From assembly GCA_031416315.1 (NCBI GenBank), contig JANOTL010000145.1, positions 1 to 23,033 of the forward strand: a stretch of DNA of 23,033 nt, in the 5' to 3' direction. Positions 1 through 9,078 of this stretch are shown here, piece after piece. Numbering within the stretch: position 1 is the stretch's first letter; each line of letters begins with the position of its first letter. A model generated the notes under the pieces. The model was not told the DNA's origin. It saw only the letters and a program-made list of their open reading frames with translations, and made no database searches. This DNA comes from Pseudomonadota bacterium. GTDB taxonomy: Bacteria > Bdellovibrionota_B > Oligoflexia > Oligoflexales > CAIYRB01. A program made the position numbers and the translations under genes.

Positions 1-77
1 CTTTGCGAACTTCGCGTCCTTTGCGGTTAAAAAAAATGGCGCCTTGGCGGTCAGCCCTCGGCGCCTTCGCGGTGAAT
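1..77. repeat. Cluster of short CTYBGCG-unit dispersed repeats (REP-like)
   Basis: ctttgcg-aa-cttcgcg-tc-ctttgcg-gttaa (1-30), cttggcg-gtca (43-53) and ctcggcg-c-cttcgcg-gtgaa (57-76). The same unit recurs at 900-990. Non-coding. Confidence 0.6.
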
Positions 78-119
78 GTGTCCCACTCTCCTAGACGAGC
101 GCATGAAAAGGGACTTCTC

Positions 120-848
120 CTAAAAGAAGTCGAACGAAGCGACGTTGGTGCGCGAACCGAAGCGGGCTCCGATGTTGTCGTTGAAGTTCCGTCGAAACTC
201 GGCGGCCCTCTCGAAGCGCTTGTCGCCCAGGAATTGGAGCACTTTCTGCTCGTAGTTCTCATGGAGCTTCGCGTAAGCGGGATCTTCGCCTTCGGGCGTG
301 CTGACCACCATCCCTGCCGGCATCTGTTTGTGGAAGTCCTGGCTGATAGTTTCCAGGCGTTTCAGCTCTTCGTCGCTCAGCTCGAGGTCGTCGCGGTAGA
401 AGCTGGCGCGCTCCGACGTCCAGGTATCGATGACGGTATCGTTGTCTGCGATTGCGTCATCGAGGTCTTCGCTAGCATTGTCTCGTGGCGAGAGATCTTC
501 AGACTCGGCGGGGCTGGCCGCTTGCGTCGAGACTTCGGATGGATCGGGGGTCTCGGTTTGCGAAAAGGGCGAAGCCACTTCGACAACTGGCTGCTTCTGA
601 TGGGGCGGAGCCTCAGAAATTAGCTGCTTTTCTGTCGTCACTGAAGAGAAGGCGTCCGCCGCCGGTGCTGTCGTTTCCGTTTGGGACGGTAGAATCGTCC
701 CGTGGAAATGCCACGCGACTGGGGCAAGCAAAAGGGTGCCAATCGTCAGGCATGTTCGAGCTGATGACGGTCGCAAAAAATACTCCCGGCGGGATTGGCG
801 TCGTTTCAATTCTAACCCAAGCCCGACCAGGTGCCGGCGACTTATCAA
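120..848 (-). CDS. Hypothetical membrane-anchored protein: N-terminal hydrophobic segment, acidic Pro/Ser-rich linker, helical C-terminal domain; start uncertain
   Basis: 242-aa ORF with protein-like architecture (CLTIGTLLLAPVAW, low-complexity linker, amphipathic helices LELSDEELKRL...YEQKVLQFLGDKRF). Co-oriented with the upstream lipoprotein gene. Confidence 0.7.
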   Translation of the reverse strand: MISRRHLVGLGLELKRRQSRREYFLRPSSARTCLTIGTLLLAPVAWHFHGTILPSQTETTAPAADAFSSVTTEKQLISEAPPHQKQPVVEVASPFSQTETPDPSEVSTQAASPAESEDLSPRDNASEDLDDAIADNDTVIDTWTSERASFYRDDLELSDEELKRLETISQDFHKQMPAGMVVSTPEGEDPAYAKLHENYEQKVLQFLGDKRFERAAEFRRNFNDNIGARFGSRTNVASFDFF

Positions 849-899
849 TTGAAAAGGTGCACAACCTCGTCATCTCAAAACTCTTGTCCGGTTGCCTAC

Positions 900-990
900 C
901 CCTCGGCGCTTCCGCTCCTCGGCGCCTCGGCGGTCGTCCGAAAAGATGCTCGGACGACCGCCGAGGCGCAGAAGAGCCGAGGGCGCAGAA
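900..990. repeat. Perfect 20-bp inverted repeat built from REP-like units; possible terminator or stability hairpin
   Basis: gcgcctcggcggtcgtccga (922-941), 8-nt loop, tcggacgaccgccgaggcgc (950-969), flanked by further ctcggcg/ccgagg units. Confidence 0.75.
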
Positions 991-1136
991 GAAAGGGTCA
1001 AGAAGCCCAATGCCTGCGTCCAACGCGGGATTTGGGCTATCAATCGGCCACTCCGCTCGCGGCTCCGCCATCGTAGGAGCCGCGCGATCGCTGCCTGGCT
1101 GTCCTCAGTTTTTGCGAAGGAGTCAAAAACTCACGA

Positions 1137-2795
1137 TCAGCGCTGCGCCGCCGAAGCGCACACGTCGTCGGCAGCGAACTTCGCCTCCGGCTCGAAGTTG
1201 GCGAGCACCACGCGCGCGATCGCCCAGCCAATCAGGTGACTGTCGCCCGCGTAAACGCGCGCGCGATAGAACTGATCCCCGTTCCGGTTCGGCCCGCTGT
1301 CGTACCGCTTGTCGGTAAACGTCACTTTTTTCTCGCCGCGCACGTCCTGCGTCTCGACCGGCTCCCAAATGACCTTGCCGTCGGTACAGCGGGCGAGGCG
1401 CTCGACCTTGGCGGTCTTGACCGTGGAATTGAAGAGGACGGTGAGCGGGATGGGCTCGCCCTTCTTGAAGCGGCGCTTATTCTTCTTGAACTCGAAGGCC
1501 GCCTCGGTGCCGAGGCCGCCCGGACTCTTCACGTAGGCGTCGAAGATGGTGGCGTCGTAGTCGGGGACGTCGCCCCAACGGTACTCCTCCGCGGTGGCTT
1601 GGCGGCGGAACTGGACGCCGAGGTCTCCGGTCGTGGAGAGACACTGCTCGCGGGCGACCTCGCCCGGATAGTCGGCGACGATGCGCGCGCAGACGTCGCC
1701 GACGACTTGGCCAAGGCGCCTCAGCTGCTCGTCGGTGAACCAGTCCGGGAGCGCGGGGACGCGCTTGCCGTCGACGATGCGGCCGGAGTTGCCGACGAGC
1801 ATGACGACGATCGCGTCGTCGACCGGCTTGTGCTGGCCGAGCTTGTCGGTGACGACGACGACGTCCTTGTGGCGCGCGACCTGGATCACGCCCTTGAACA
1901 CGTCGCCGTTCGGCGGCACGACGTAATGCGCGGCCATATGAACGCGCTCGTCGTCGTCCTCGACCCCGCTCTGCAGCTCGAGGCAGGCGGAGAGCGTCAG
2001 CGGGCAGTGGATCACCTCGATCCGGCGCGGATGGTTCTCGAACTCGCCCGTCGGGACGGTGACGAGGCGGAAGTAGGTCGAGCCCGGGATCTGGCCCTCG
2101 TCGGCCTTCAGATCGAACCAGGCGCGCCCGTTCTCCGGGAAGCTGGCGGGATCGAGCGGCGGTTTCTCCGGCGTGAGCTCGAGCTTCTCGCCGCTGCGCG
2201 GGTCCTGCCAGATGAAGCCCTCGTTCAGCGTGCGGATGAGCTCCCGAGCGAAGATAGCCTGGACGTTGCGACGGTCGGGGAGCTTCTCGCGGTGGAGGTT
2301 CGCCAGGTTCTCGATCCAAGCGAACTTGTCCTCGGGCGTCTTCGGGCTCGCCGCCAGGCCTAGCCCCTGCGAGCTGACGAAGCCGCCGATCATGCGCGCA
2401 TAGGCCTCGATCTGGACCTCGAGGACGCCCGATTGCGCCTTCGCGGGGTCCAGACCGAGCTGCGCGAAGGACATGCCGAACGCGGTCTCGGTCATCGCTG
2501 TGCCGCGCACGGCCATCGGCTCGGCGCCGCCGCCGGCGTCCGGCGAGGTCTGGTAGTTCGCCGTCGCCCTTTCGGGCGCGAGGCGCGACTCGAGGTAGCC
2601 GAGCGCCATCAGGAAACGGATCGGGACCTTGCTCGTATGCGCGGCGTCGCGGAACGCCTTCTCGGCGCGGCCGATGCGGGCGCCGTTGGCGTCGCCGCCG
2701 CCGCCCTTGGGCTTGGTGCCGCAGCTCGCTAGGAACGGCGCAGCGAAGAGCGTCAGACCGAGGACGACACGAAGCGGTGGCGTTAGGGCGCGCAT
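1137..2795 (-). CDS. Lipoprotein with lysozyme/SLT-like N-terminal domain, divergent N-acetylmuramoyl-L-alanine amidase (Amidase_2)-like domain and beta-rich C-terminus
   Basis: Lipobox FLAS-C. FRDAAHTSKVPIRFLMALGYLESR resembles the SLT helix-ES motif. RRIEVIHC...MAAHYVV...IQV...FTDEQLRRLGQVVGDVC follows the Amidase_2 layout. Strong GC3 bias. Confidence 0.7.
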   Translation of the reverse strand: MRALTPPLRVVLGLTLFAAPFLASCGTKPKGGGGDANGARIGRAEKAFRDAAHTSKVPIRFLMALGYLESRLAPERATANYQTSPDAGGGAEPMAVRGTAMTETAFGMSFAQLGLDPAKAQSGVLEVQIEAYARMIGGFVSSQGLGLAASPKTPEDKFAWIENLANLHREKLPDRRNVQAIFARELIRTLNEGFIWQDPRSGEKLELTPEKPPLDPASFPENGRAWFDLKADEGQIPGSTYFRLVTVPTGEFENHPRRIEVIHCPLTLSACLELQSGVEDDDERVHMAAHYVVPPNGDVFKGVIQVARHKDVVVVTDKLGQHKPVDDAIVVMLVGNSGRIVDGKRVPALPDWFTDEQLRRLGQVVGDVCARIVADYPGEVAREQCLSTTGDLGVQFRRQATAEEYRWGDVPDYDATIFDAYVKSPGGLGTEAAFEFKKNKRRFKKGEPIPLTVLFNSTVKTAKVERLARCTDGKVIWEPVETQDVRGEKKVTFTDKRYDSGPNRNGDQFYRARVYAGDSHLIGWAIARVVLANFEPEAKFAADDVCASAAQR

Positions 2796-2939
2796 GCGGA
2801 CCTCTAGATTATGGAGGGAAACGTTGGACGAAGGCTGGAGCTGACGTGGTCTCCCCAGTATACCGCCAAATGCCGGGCAGGGTTGGCCGAGCGGCCGGCA
2901 GAATTAGGCGTATGTTTCTGGAACGATTCCAAAATCCAC

Positions 2940-2975
2940 GTCACATTTACACAATCTTTATACTTTCTTTATATT
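2940..2975 (+). promoter_or_regulatory. Pho box (PhoB/PhoP direct repeats) upstream of pstS
   Basis: TTTACA (2946), TTTATA (2957) and TTTATA (2968) at exact 11-bp spacing, in an AT-rich island about 50 nt upstream of the pstS ATG. Confidence 0.7.
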
Positions 2976-3023
2976 GGCGGCCTAAGCAGGAAGCGCAACA
3001 AAAGACCCATTCCGGGGGACCTG

Positions 3024-3968
3024 ATGAAATTTCTGACCGCGCCGCTTTTGATCTCTTTTTCTATTTTCGCGGGCTCGGCCTACGGCGCCGACGCGCTCCA
3101 AGGCACCATCAAGATCGACGGCTCTTCGACCGTCTTCCCGATCACCGAGGCGGTCGCCGAGGAGTTCCAGAAGGTGAACCCGAAGGTCCGCGTCACCGTC
3201 GGCGTCTCCGGAACCGGCGGCGGGTTCAAAAAGTTCACCGCCGGCGAGACCGACATCAACAACAGCTCGCGCGGCATCAAGCCCGACGAGATGGCCAAGG
3301 CGACCGAGAACAAGGTCGAGTTCATCGAGATCATGATCGGCTATGACGGCCTCTCCATCGTCGTGAACCCGAAGAACACCTGGGCCAAGTCGATCACGAT
3401 GGACCAGCTGAAGAAGCTCTGGGAGCCGAACTCCAAGGTCGCCACCTGGAAGGACCTAGACCCCAGCTGGCCGGACAAGAAGATCAAGCTCTACGGCCCC
3501 GGCACCGACTCCGGCACCTTCGACTACTTCACCGAGGAAGTCGTGGGCAAAGCCAAGTCCTCGCGGGCCGACTACACCGCCAGCGAAGACGACAACGCCC
3601 TCGTCACCGGCATCGCGGGCGACGAGAACGCGCTCGGCTACTTCGGCTTCGCCTACTTCCAGGAGAACAAGAAGAAGATCAAAGACCTCCCGGTCGTGGG
3701 CAAAAAGGGCGGTGAGCCGGTCCCTCCGAACGACACGACGATCGAGAACGGCTCGTACCCGCTGTCGCGCCCCCTTTTCCTCGACATTGCGAAGAAGTCG
3801 ACCGCGCGCCCGGAGGTCGAGGCCTTCATGCAGTTTTACCTGAAGAACGCCAAGGACTTGGTCAAGCAGGTGGGCTATACGCCGCTGCCGGCCAAGCTCT
3901 TGGAAGAGGCTGCCAAGCGCTACTCCGAGCGTAAAACCGGACCTTGGATGGCCTCGGCTTCCCATTGA
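3024..3968 (+). CDS. pstS: Phosphate ABC transporter substrate-binding protein PstS
   Basis: Signal peptide from ATG 3024. Motifs [34 protein letters not shown]. First gene of the pst operon. Confidence 0.96.
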   Translation: MKFLTAPLLISFSIFAGSAYGADALQGTIKIDGSSTVFPITEAVAEEFQKVNPKVRVTVGVSGTGGGFKKFTAGETDINNSSRGIKPDEMAKATENKVEFIEIMIGYDGLSIVVNPKNTWAKSITMDQLKKLWEPNSKVATWKDLDPSWPDKKIKLYGPGTDSGTFDYFTEEVVGKAKSSRADYTASEDDNALVTGIAGDENALGYFGFAYFQENKKKIKDLPVVGKKGGEPVPPNDTTIENGSYPLSRPLFLDIAKKSTARPEVEAFMQFYLKNAKDLVKQVGYTPLPAKLLEEAAKRYSERKTGPWMASASH

Positions 3969-4864
3969 GCGCGACCCGCATCAAAATCGCCAAGCTGGAG
4001 GAGGCGGTCGTCCGCCGCGTCCTCTTCGTTTGCGCGGGCTTCTCGATCGCCGTCACGGCCGGCATCATCGCCGTCCTGGTCGGCGAGACGGCCGCCTTCT
4101 TCGCCGAGGTCTCGCCGCTCGAGTTCTTCGGCACGACGACTTGGGCGCCGCTCTTCGATCCGCGGCACTTCGGCGTCCTGCCTTTGATCTGCGGGACTTT
4201 CCTGATCTCTGCCGGCGCCGGTCTCGTGGGCATTCCCGCGGGGCTCGGCGCCGCGATCTTTTTGAACGACTACGCGCCGAGCTGGCTGCGCGGCTGGGTG
4301 AAGCCGATCCTCGAGCTCCTCGCCGGCGTGCCGACCGTCGTCTACGGTTACTTCGCCGTGACGACGATCACGCCGCTCTTGCGCCAGGTCTTGCCCCAGA
4401 CCGAGGTCTTCAACGCCGCCAGCGCCGCGATCGTCGTCGGCATCATGGTGCTGCCGATGGTGGCCTCGCTCTGCGACGACGCGCTGCGCGCCGTCCCGCG
4501 CGCGATCCGTGAAGGCGGCTACGCGCTCGGCGCGACGAAGTTCGAGGTGACCACCCGCGTTACCGTCCCCGCCGCGCTCTCTGGCATCGTCGCCTCGTTC
4601 ATCCTGGCGATCTCCCGCGCTTTCGGCGAGACCATGGCCGTGGCGCTCGCGGCCGGCTCGACGCCGAAGATGACGCTCAACCCCCTCGAGAGCATTCAGA
4701 CCCTCACCGGCTACATCGTCCAAGTGAGCATGGGCGACACGCCCCATGGTACGGTCGAATACCGGTCGATCTTCGCGGTCGGCATGCTGCTTTTCGTCAT
4801 CACCATCGGCTTCAACATTCTGGCGCACTACCTGGTGCGCCGGTTTCGGAGCCAATACGAATGA
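3965..4864 (+). CDS. pstC: Phosphate ABC transporter permease PstC
   Basis: [15 protein letters not shown]-like loop [23 protein letters not shown]. The TTG start overlaps the pstS stop (TTGA). Confidence 0.96.
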   Translation: MSATRIKIAKLEEAVVRRVLFVCAGFSIAVTAGIIAVLVGETAAFFAEVSPLEFFGTTTWAPLFDPRHFGVLPLICGTFLISAGAGLVGIPAGLGAAIFLNDYAPSWLRGWVKPILELLAGVPTVVYGYFAVTTITPLLRQVLPQTEVFNAASAAIVVGIMVLPMVASLCDDALRAVPRAIREGGYALGATKFEVTTRVTVPAALSGIVASFILAISRAFGETMAVALAAGSTPKMTLNPLESIQTLTGYIVQVSMGDTPHGTVEYRSIFAVGMLLFVITIGFNILAHYLVRRFRSQYE

Positions 4865-5799
4865 GCCCGGGTGAGCACACCATGACCGCAAACGCCGTTT
4901 CGGCGAAGAAATCCGACGCGGAGGCCGTGCGCTCGGCATGGCGACCGCGACTCGAGCTGCGCCGCCTGCAGGGTCGCCTCTTTTTCTTCGCGACCCTGAC
5001 CGCCATCCTCTTCGCGCTCGGCGCCTTGGTGTTCTTAATGTCCTCGATCTGGATCGACGGCAACGAGAGCCTCTCGATCGAGTTCCTGATGAGCTTTCCG
5101 TCGCGGTTTGCGGCGAAAGCCGGGATCAAGAGCGCGCTTTACGGCTCGGCCTGGATCGCCGTGCTCACGGCCGCTTTCGCCGTGCCGATCGGCGTCGGCG
5201 CCGCGCTCTACCTCGAGGAGTTCGCCGAGGACTCGAAGTTGCGCCGCGTCATCGACATCAACATCGCGAACCTCGCGGGCGTGCCCTCGATCGTCTACGG
5301 CATGCTCGGCCTCGCGGTGTTCGTGCGCTTCATGGCGCTCGACCGCAGCCTGATCGCCGGCGCGATGACGATGAGCATCCTGATCCTGCCGATCATCATC
5401 GTCGCCTCGCGCGAGGCCCTGAAGGCCGTGCCCCGTTCGATCCGGCTCGCCGCCTACGGGCTGGGCGCGACGAATTGGCAAACCGTGCGGGCCCACGTGC
5501 TGCCGTCTGCCATGCCGGGGATCATGACGGGCATCATTCTGTCGATGTCGCGCGCGACGGGCGAGACGGCGCCTTTGATCATGATCGGCGCCCTTTCCTA
5601 CATCGCGTTCACGCCGACGAGCCCGATGGATTCCTTCACGGTCCTGCCGATCCAGGTCTTCAACTGGGCGAACCGGCCGCAGGAAGAATTTCACGCGCTC
5701 GCCGCCGGCGGCATCGTCGTCTTGCTCGGCGTCTTGCTCGCGACCAACGCGATCGCCATCGTCATCCGCTACCGCTACCAGAGGAAGAGCTCATGGTGA
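4861..5799 (+). CDS. pstA: Phosphate ABC transporter permease PstA
   Basis: [47 protein letters not shown] overlap with pstC; alternative ATG at 4882. Confidence 0.96.
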   Translation: MSPGEHTMTANAVSAKKSDAEAVRSAWRPRLELRRLQGRLFFFATLTAILFALGALVFLMSSIWIDGNESLSIEFLMSFPSRFAAKAGIKSALYGSAWIAVLTAAFAVPIGVGAALYLEEFAEDSKLRRVIDINIANLAGVPSIVYGMLGLAVFVRFMALDRSLIAGAMTMSILILPIIIVASREALKAVPRSIRLAAYGLGATNWQTVRAHVLPSAMPGIMTGIILSMSRATGETAPLIMIGALSYIAFTPTSPMDSFTVLPIQVFNWANRPQEEFHALAAGGIVVLLGVLLATNAIAIVIRYRYQRKSSW

Positions 5800-6539
5800 T
5801 CCTCGAAGCGCGCGATCTCAACATCTCCTACGGCCAGCAGCGCGCCGTCCTCGACGTCTCGTTCCAGGTGCCCGAGCGCACCATCCTCGCGATGATCGGC
5901 CCCTCCGGCTGCGGCAAGAGCACGATCCTTCGGACTTTCAACCGGATGAACGACTTCGTCACCGGCGCCAAGGTCACCGGCGAGGTCTTGTTCCGCGGCG
6001 CCGACATCTACGCCAAGTCCGCCGATCCGGTCTTGATCCGCCGGCAAATCGGCATGGTCTTCCAGAAGCCGAACCCGTTTCCGTCCTCGATCCGCAAGAA
6101 CATCACCTGGGGGCCGAAGATCAACGGCTACCAAGGCGACCTCGACAAGCTGGTCGAGGAGTCCCTGCGCCGCGCAGCACTTTGGGACGAGGTCCGCAAC
6201 AAGCTCGACGATAGCGGCCTCGCGCTTTCCGGCGGCCAGCAGCAGCGCCTATGCATCGCGCGCGCCATCGCCATGGATCCCGACGTGATTCTGATGGACG
6301 AGCCCTGCTCGGCGCTCGACCCGGCCTCGACCTTGAAGATCGAGCGACTGATGTCAGAGCTGAAAGAGCGCTTTACCATCATGATCGTCACGCACAACAT
6401 GCAGCAGGCTCGCCGCATCAGCGACCTGACGGCTTTCATGTACCAAGGCGAGCTCGTCGAGCTCGGCCCGACCGACGAAGTCTTCGAAGCACCGCAAAAG
6501 GAGCTGACACGTGATTACGTCTCTGGGCGATTCGGTTAA
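5793..6539 (+). CDS. pstB: Phosphate ABC transporter ATP-binding protein PstB
   Basis: Walker [19 protein letters not shown], signature LSGGQQQR, Walker [16 protein letters not shown]-terminal YVSGRFG. ATG 5793 has a GAGGA RBS. Confidence 0.97.
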   Translation: MVILEARDLNISYGQQRAVLDVSFQVPERTILAMIGPSGCGKSTILRTFNRMNDFVTGAKVTGEVLFRGADIYAKSADPVLIRRQIGMVFQKPNPFPSSIRKNITWGPKINGYQGDLDKLVEESLRRAALWDEVRNKLDDSGLALSGGQQQRLCIARAIAMDPDVILMDEPCSALDPASTLKIERLMSELKERFTIMIVTHNMQQARRISDLTAFMYQGELVELGPTDEVFEAPQKELTRDYVSGRFG

Positions 6540-6561
6540 GACGGGAACGGGGAGGGGTGCC

Positions 6562-7272
6562 GTGACCTCGACGAGCGACGAGCGCATTCTCTTGATCGAG
6601 GACGACTCCGACATCTCGGAGCTCGTGCAGTACAACCTCGAGCGCGAAGGCTACAAAGTCGTCGCGGCCGCCGACGGCGAGCTCGGCCTGAACCAGGCGA
6701 TGCAGACGAAGCCGGATCTGATCCTGCTCGACCTGATGCTGCCGGGCCTCGACGGCCTGTCGGTGTGCAAGAAGCTGCGGGCGATGCCGGAGACGGCGGG
6801 GATCCCGATCGTGATGCTGACCGCGAAAGGCGAGGAGTCGGACATCGTCGTCGGCCTCGAGATGGGGGCCGACGACTACGTCACCAAGCCGTTCAGCCCG
6901 AAGGAGCTGCTCGCGCGCATCCGCGCCGTACTGCGCCGGCCCCGCGCCTCCACCGCCGGCGGCGGCGGCGAGAGCGAGGAAGGTCGCAAGACGGTCGGGC
7001 CGGTCGCGATCGACCTCGAGCGCCACGAGGCCTGGGTCCGCGGCGAGCCCTTGGCGCTGACTTTGGCCGAGTACCGCCTGCTTTCGACCCTGATCTCTCG
7101 CCCGGGACGCGTATTCACCCGTGAACAGCTCCTTGAGAAGATCACCGGGGGCGAAGTATACGTAATCGATCGCAACGTGGACGTGCACATCCGCGCGATC
7201 CGCAAGAAGCTCGGCGCCGAGGCCGAGTTCATCATCACGGTGCGCGGAGTCGGGTATAAATGCCGAGAGTGA
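6562..7272 (+). CDS. phoB: Phosphate regulon response regulator PhoB (OmpR family)
   Basis: Receiver domain (LIEDD, LLDLMLP, MLTAK, DYVTKPF) plus winged helix (RNVDVHIRAIRKKL, TVRGVGY). GTG 6562 follows a GGAGG RBS. Directly after pstB. Confidence 0.9.
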   Translation: MTSTSDERILLIEDDSDISELVQYNLEREGYKVVAAADGELGLNQAMQTKPDLILLDLMLPGLDGLSVCKKLRAMPETAGIPIVMLTAKGEESDIVVGLEMGADDYVTKPFSPKELLARIRAVLRRPRASTAGGGGESEEGRKTVGPVAIDLERHEAWVRGEPLALTLAEYRLLSTLISRPGRVFTREQLLEKITGGEVYVIDRNVDVHIRAIRKKLGAEAEFIITVRGVGYKCRE

Positions 7273-8702
7273 GCGTCTTCAGGTCGAGGTTCTTCTGGAA
7301 GATCTACTCGACCTTCTCGCTCCTCTTCCTCACCACCACCCTGATCGTCAGCTCGACCGTCTTCTTTAAGGTCGAGTCGACGATCCGGGCGGGTGTGCTC
7401 GAGAACCTGAAGGACAAGGTGTCTTTCCTCGTGCCCTATGCCGAGGGCGCCTTCCTCGGGCACGCGGCGCCGAGCCAACCGCTCCTCCAGGCCTTGGGCG
7501 CCTCGAGCGGCTCGCGCATCACGTTCATCGAGCGTGACGGCAAGGTGATCGCGGACTCGGAACGCGACCCCGAATCTCTGGAAAATCACTGGACCCGGCC
7601 CGAGGTCGTGGCCTCCCTGAAAGGCAAGTATGGTATCGCGACCCGGTTCAGCACGTCGGTAAATGACCGCGCCGTCTACGTCGCGAAGGCAATCCGCCAC
7701 TCCGACGCGATCCTCGGGGTCGTGCGCGTTTCGATGTCGACCGAGCGCGTCGACCGCGAGCTCTTCGGCTTGCAGGTGACGATCGCCTTGATCGCGATCA
7801 TCGGCATCGCCGCGGCCATGGCGATCGGCTGGACTTTGGCGAAGCGGGTGACGGTGCCGATCGCGGAGATGATGAGCGTGGCCGAAGCGCTGCGCAGCGG
7901 ACGGTACGAGCACAAAGTCAAGACGATCACCGACGACGAGCTTGGACGCCTCGGAGACACCTTGAACCAGCTCGGGAGCGAGCTGACCAACAAGATCTCG
8001 GAGCTGAACCGGTTGGAGAACGTGCGGCGGGACTTCGTCGCCAACGTCTCCCACGAGATCAAGACGCCTTTGACCTCGATCAAAGGCTACGTCGAGACCC
8101 TGCTCGGCGGGGCGATCGAAGACGGGGCCAACCGCATCCGTTTCCTCGAGAAAATCGACCGGAACGCCGCGCGCCTCGCGGCGCTGGTGCAAGACATCTT
8201 GAGCTTGGCGAAGATCGAGGCGGGCGAGGACGCGTTCAAGCCGGTGCCGGTCGAGTGGAATCCGATCGTGCACTCGGTGATCGCGCGCCATGAGGACACG
8301 ATTCACCAGAAGAACTTGAAGATCAAGGTGAGCGCGCCGGCGCAGACTTTGGTGGTGATGGGCGACCGCGAGGCGATGACGCAGGTCGTCGACAACTTGC
8401 TCAGCAATGCGGTGAAATACACGCCCGACGGCGGCAGGATCACGGTTTCCCTCTACGCGAAGAACGGCTCCGCGAAGCTCGAGGTCGAGGACAACGGCAT
8501 CGGCATCCCGGCGGAGCATCTCGGGCGCATCTTCGAGCGGTTCTATCGGGTCGACAAAGCGCGCTCGCGCGAACTCGGCGGCACCGGGCTCGGGCTCTCC
8601 ATCGTGAAGCACTTGGTGAGCGCGATGCAGGGAGAGGTTGGGGTCGAGAGTGAGCTTGGGGTGGGGAGCCGGTTTACGGTGCGGCTGAAGCTTTCGGTCT
8701 AG
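7269..8702 (+). CDS. phoR: Phosphate regulon sensor histidine kinase PhoR (TM-periplasmic sensor-TM-HAMP-HisKA-HATPase)
   Basis: DFVANVSHEIKTPLT, NLLSNAVKYT, DNGIGI, FERFYRVDKARSRELGGTGLGL, and the ENHWTRPEV periplasmic motif. GTGA overlap with phoB; alternative ATG at 7260. Confidence 0.9.
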   Translation: MSVFRSRFFWKIYSTFSLLFLTTTLIVSSTVFFKVESTIRAGVLENLKDKVSFLVPYAEGAFLGHAAPSQPLLQALGASSGSRITFIERDGKVIADSERDPESLENHWTRPEVVASLKGKYGIATRFSTSVNDRAVYVAKAIRHSDAILGVVRVSMSTERVDRELFGLQVTIALIAIIGIAAAMAIGWTLAKRVTVPIAEMMSVAEALRSGRYEHKVKTITDDELGRLGDTLNQLGSELTNKISELNRLENVRRDFVANVSHEIKTPLTSIKGYVETLLGGAIEDGANRIRFLEKIDRNAARLAALVQDILSLAKIEAGEDAFKPVPVEWNPIVHSVIARHEDTIHQKNLKIKVSAPAQTLVVMGDREAMTQVVDNLLSNAVKYTPDGGRITVSLYAKNGSAKLEVEDNGIGIPAEHLGRIFERFYRVDKARSRELGGTGLGLSIVKHLVSAMQGEVGVESELGVGSRFTVRLKLSV

Positions 8703-8990
8703 GGTGCGTCCGGTAATGCTGGACGCGTCGTGAGGCGCACCGTCGACGTTTTCCTCGCCATTCGCATGTGCTTCTCGCTTGTGTGTGTGCGCCTGCGCCC
8801 CACCCTGTGGCTAGCCCGTTTACCCTCACGTCTGCTTCATCGTCCGCGGCGCTGGATGAGCAGAAGGGGGCACGACGTAGGGTGAAGCTCATGGATCGAG
8901 CGACAGCGCGGCATGCGTTATCTCCTGGGCGGGACAGCTGCCGGCTTTCAGCTGATCGACCGGAGGGAGGACGCTCCTTCGGATATTCAT
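8700..8990. repeat. Structured intergenic region; possible degenerate MITE/repeat element or ncRNA
   Basis: Several hairpins: gcgtccgg/ctggacgc near 8706-8726, nested ttaccct..acgtc/gacgt..agggtga around tctgcttcatc/gatgagcaga at 8819-8887, and ccggagggag/ctccttcgg near 8960-8982. No credible ORF. Confidence 0.35.
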
Positions 8991-9078
8991 GACTCGCAGG
9001 ACTTAGACCACGACCGCAGGGCGGCGTAAATTAACTTTGCATCTATTACTGGCGTGTAGTTATACATTTAGTGCAACC

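Noticed and set aside
1..990. CRISPR interpretation of the CTYBGCG repeats
   Set aside because: Units are 7 bp and irregularly spaced, with no unique spacers and no cas genes.
2811..3023. 71-aa N-terminal extension of PstS in the ORF track
   Set aside because: It crosses the AT-rich Pho-box region. The signal peptide and RBS fit ATG 3024.
4938..5792. 533-aa ORF suggesting a PstB fusion
   Set aside because: The extension is an Arg-rich off-frame reading of pstA. PstB homology begins at ATG 5793.
6876..8612. 578-aa antisense ORF over phoB/phoR, and similar long shadows at 1236-2363, 3920-4939, 11955-13154 and 13287-14252
   Set aside because: Expected antisense open frames in high-GC3 genes; no motifs of their own.
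8674..8992. Small ORFs 8674-8892 (-) and 8768-8992 (+)
   Set aside because: No RBS, codon usage unlike the surrounding genes, and no motifs.
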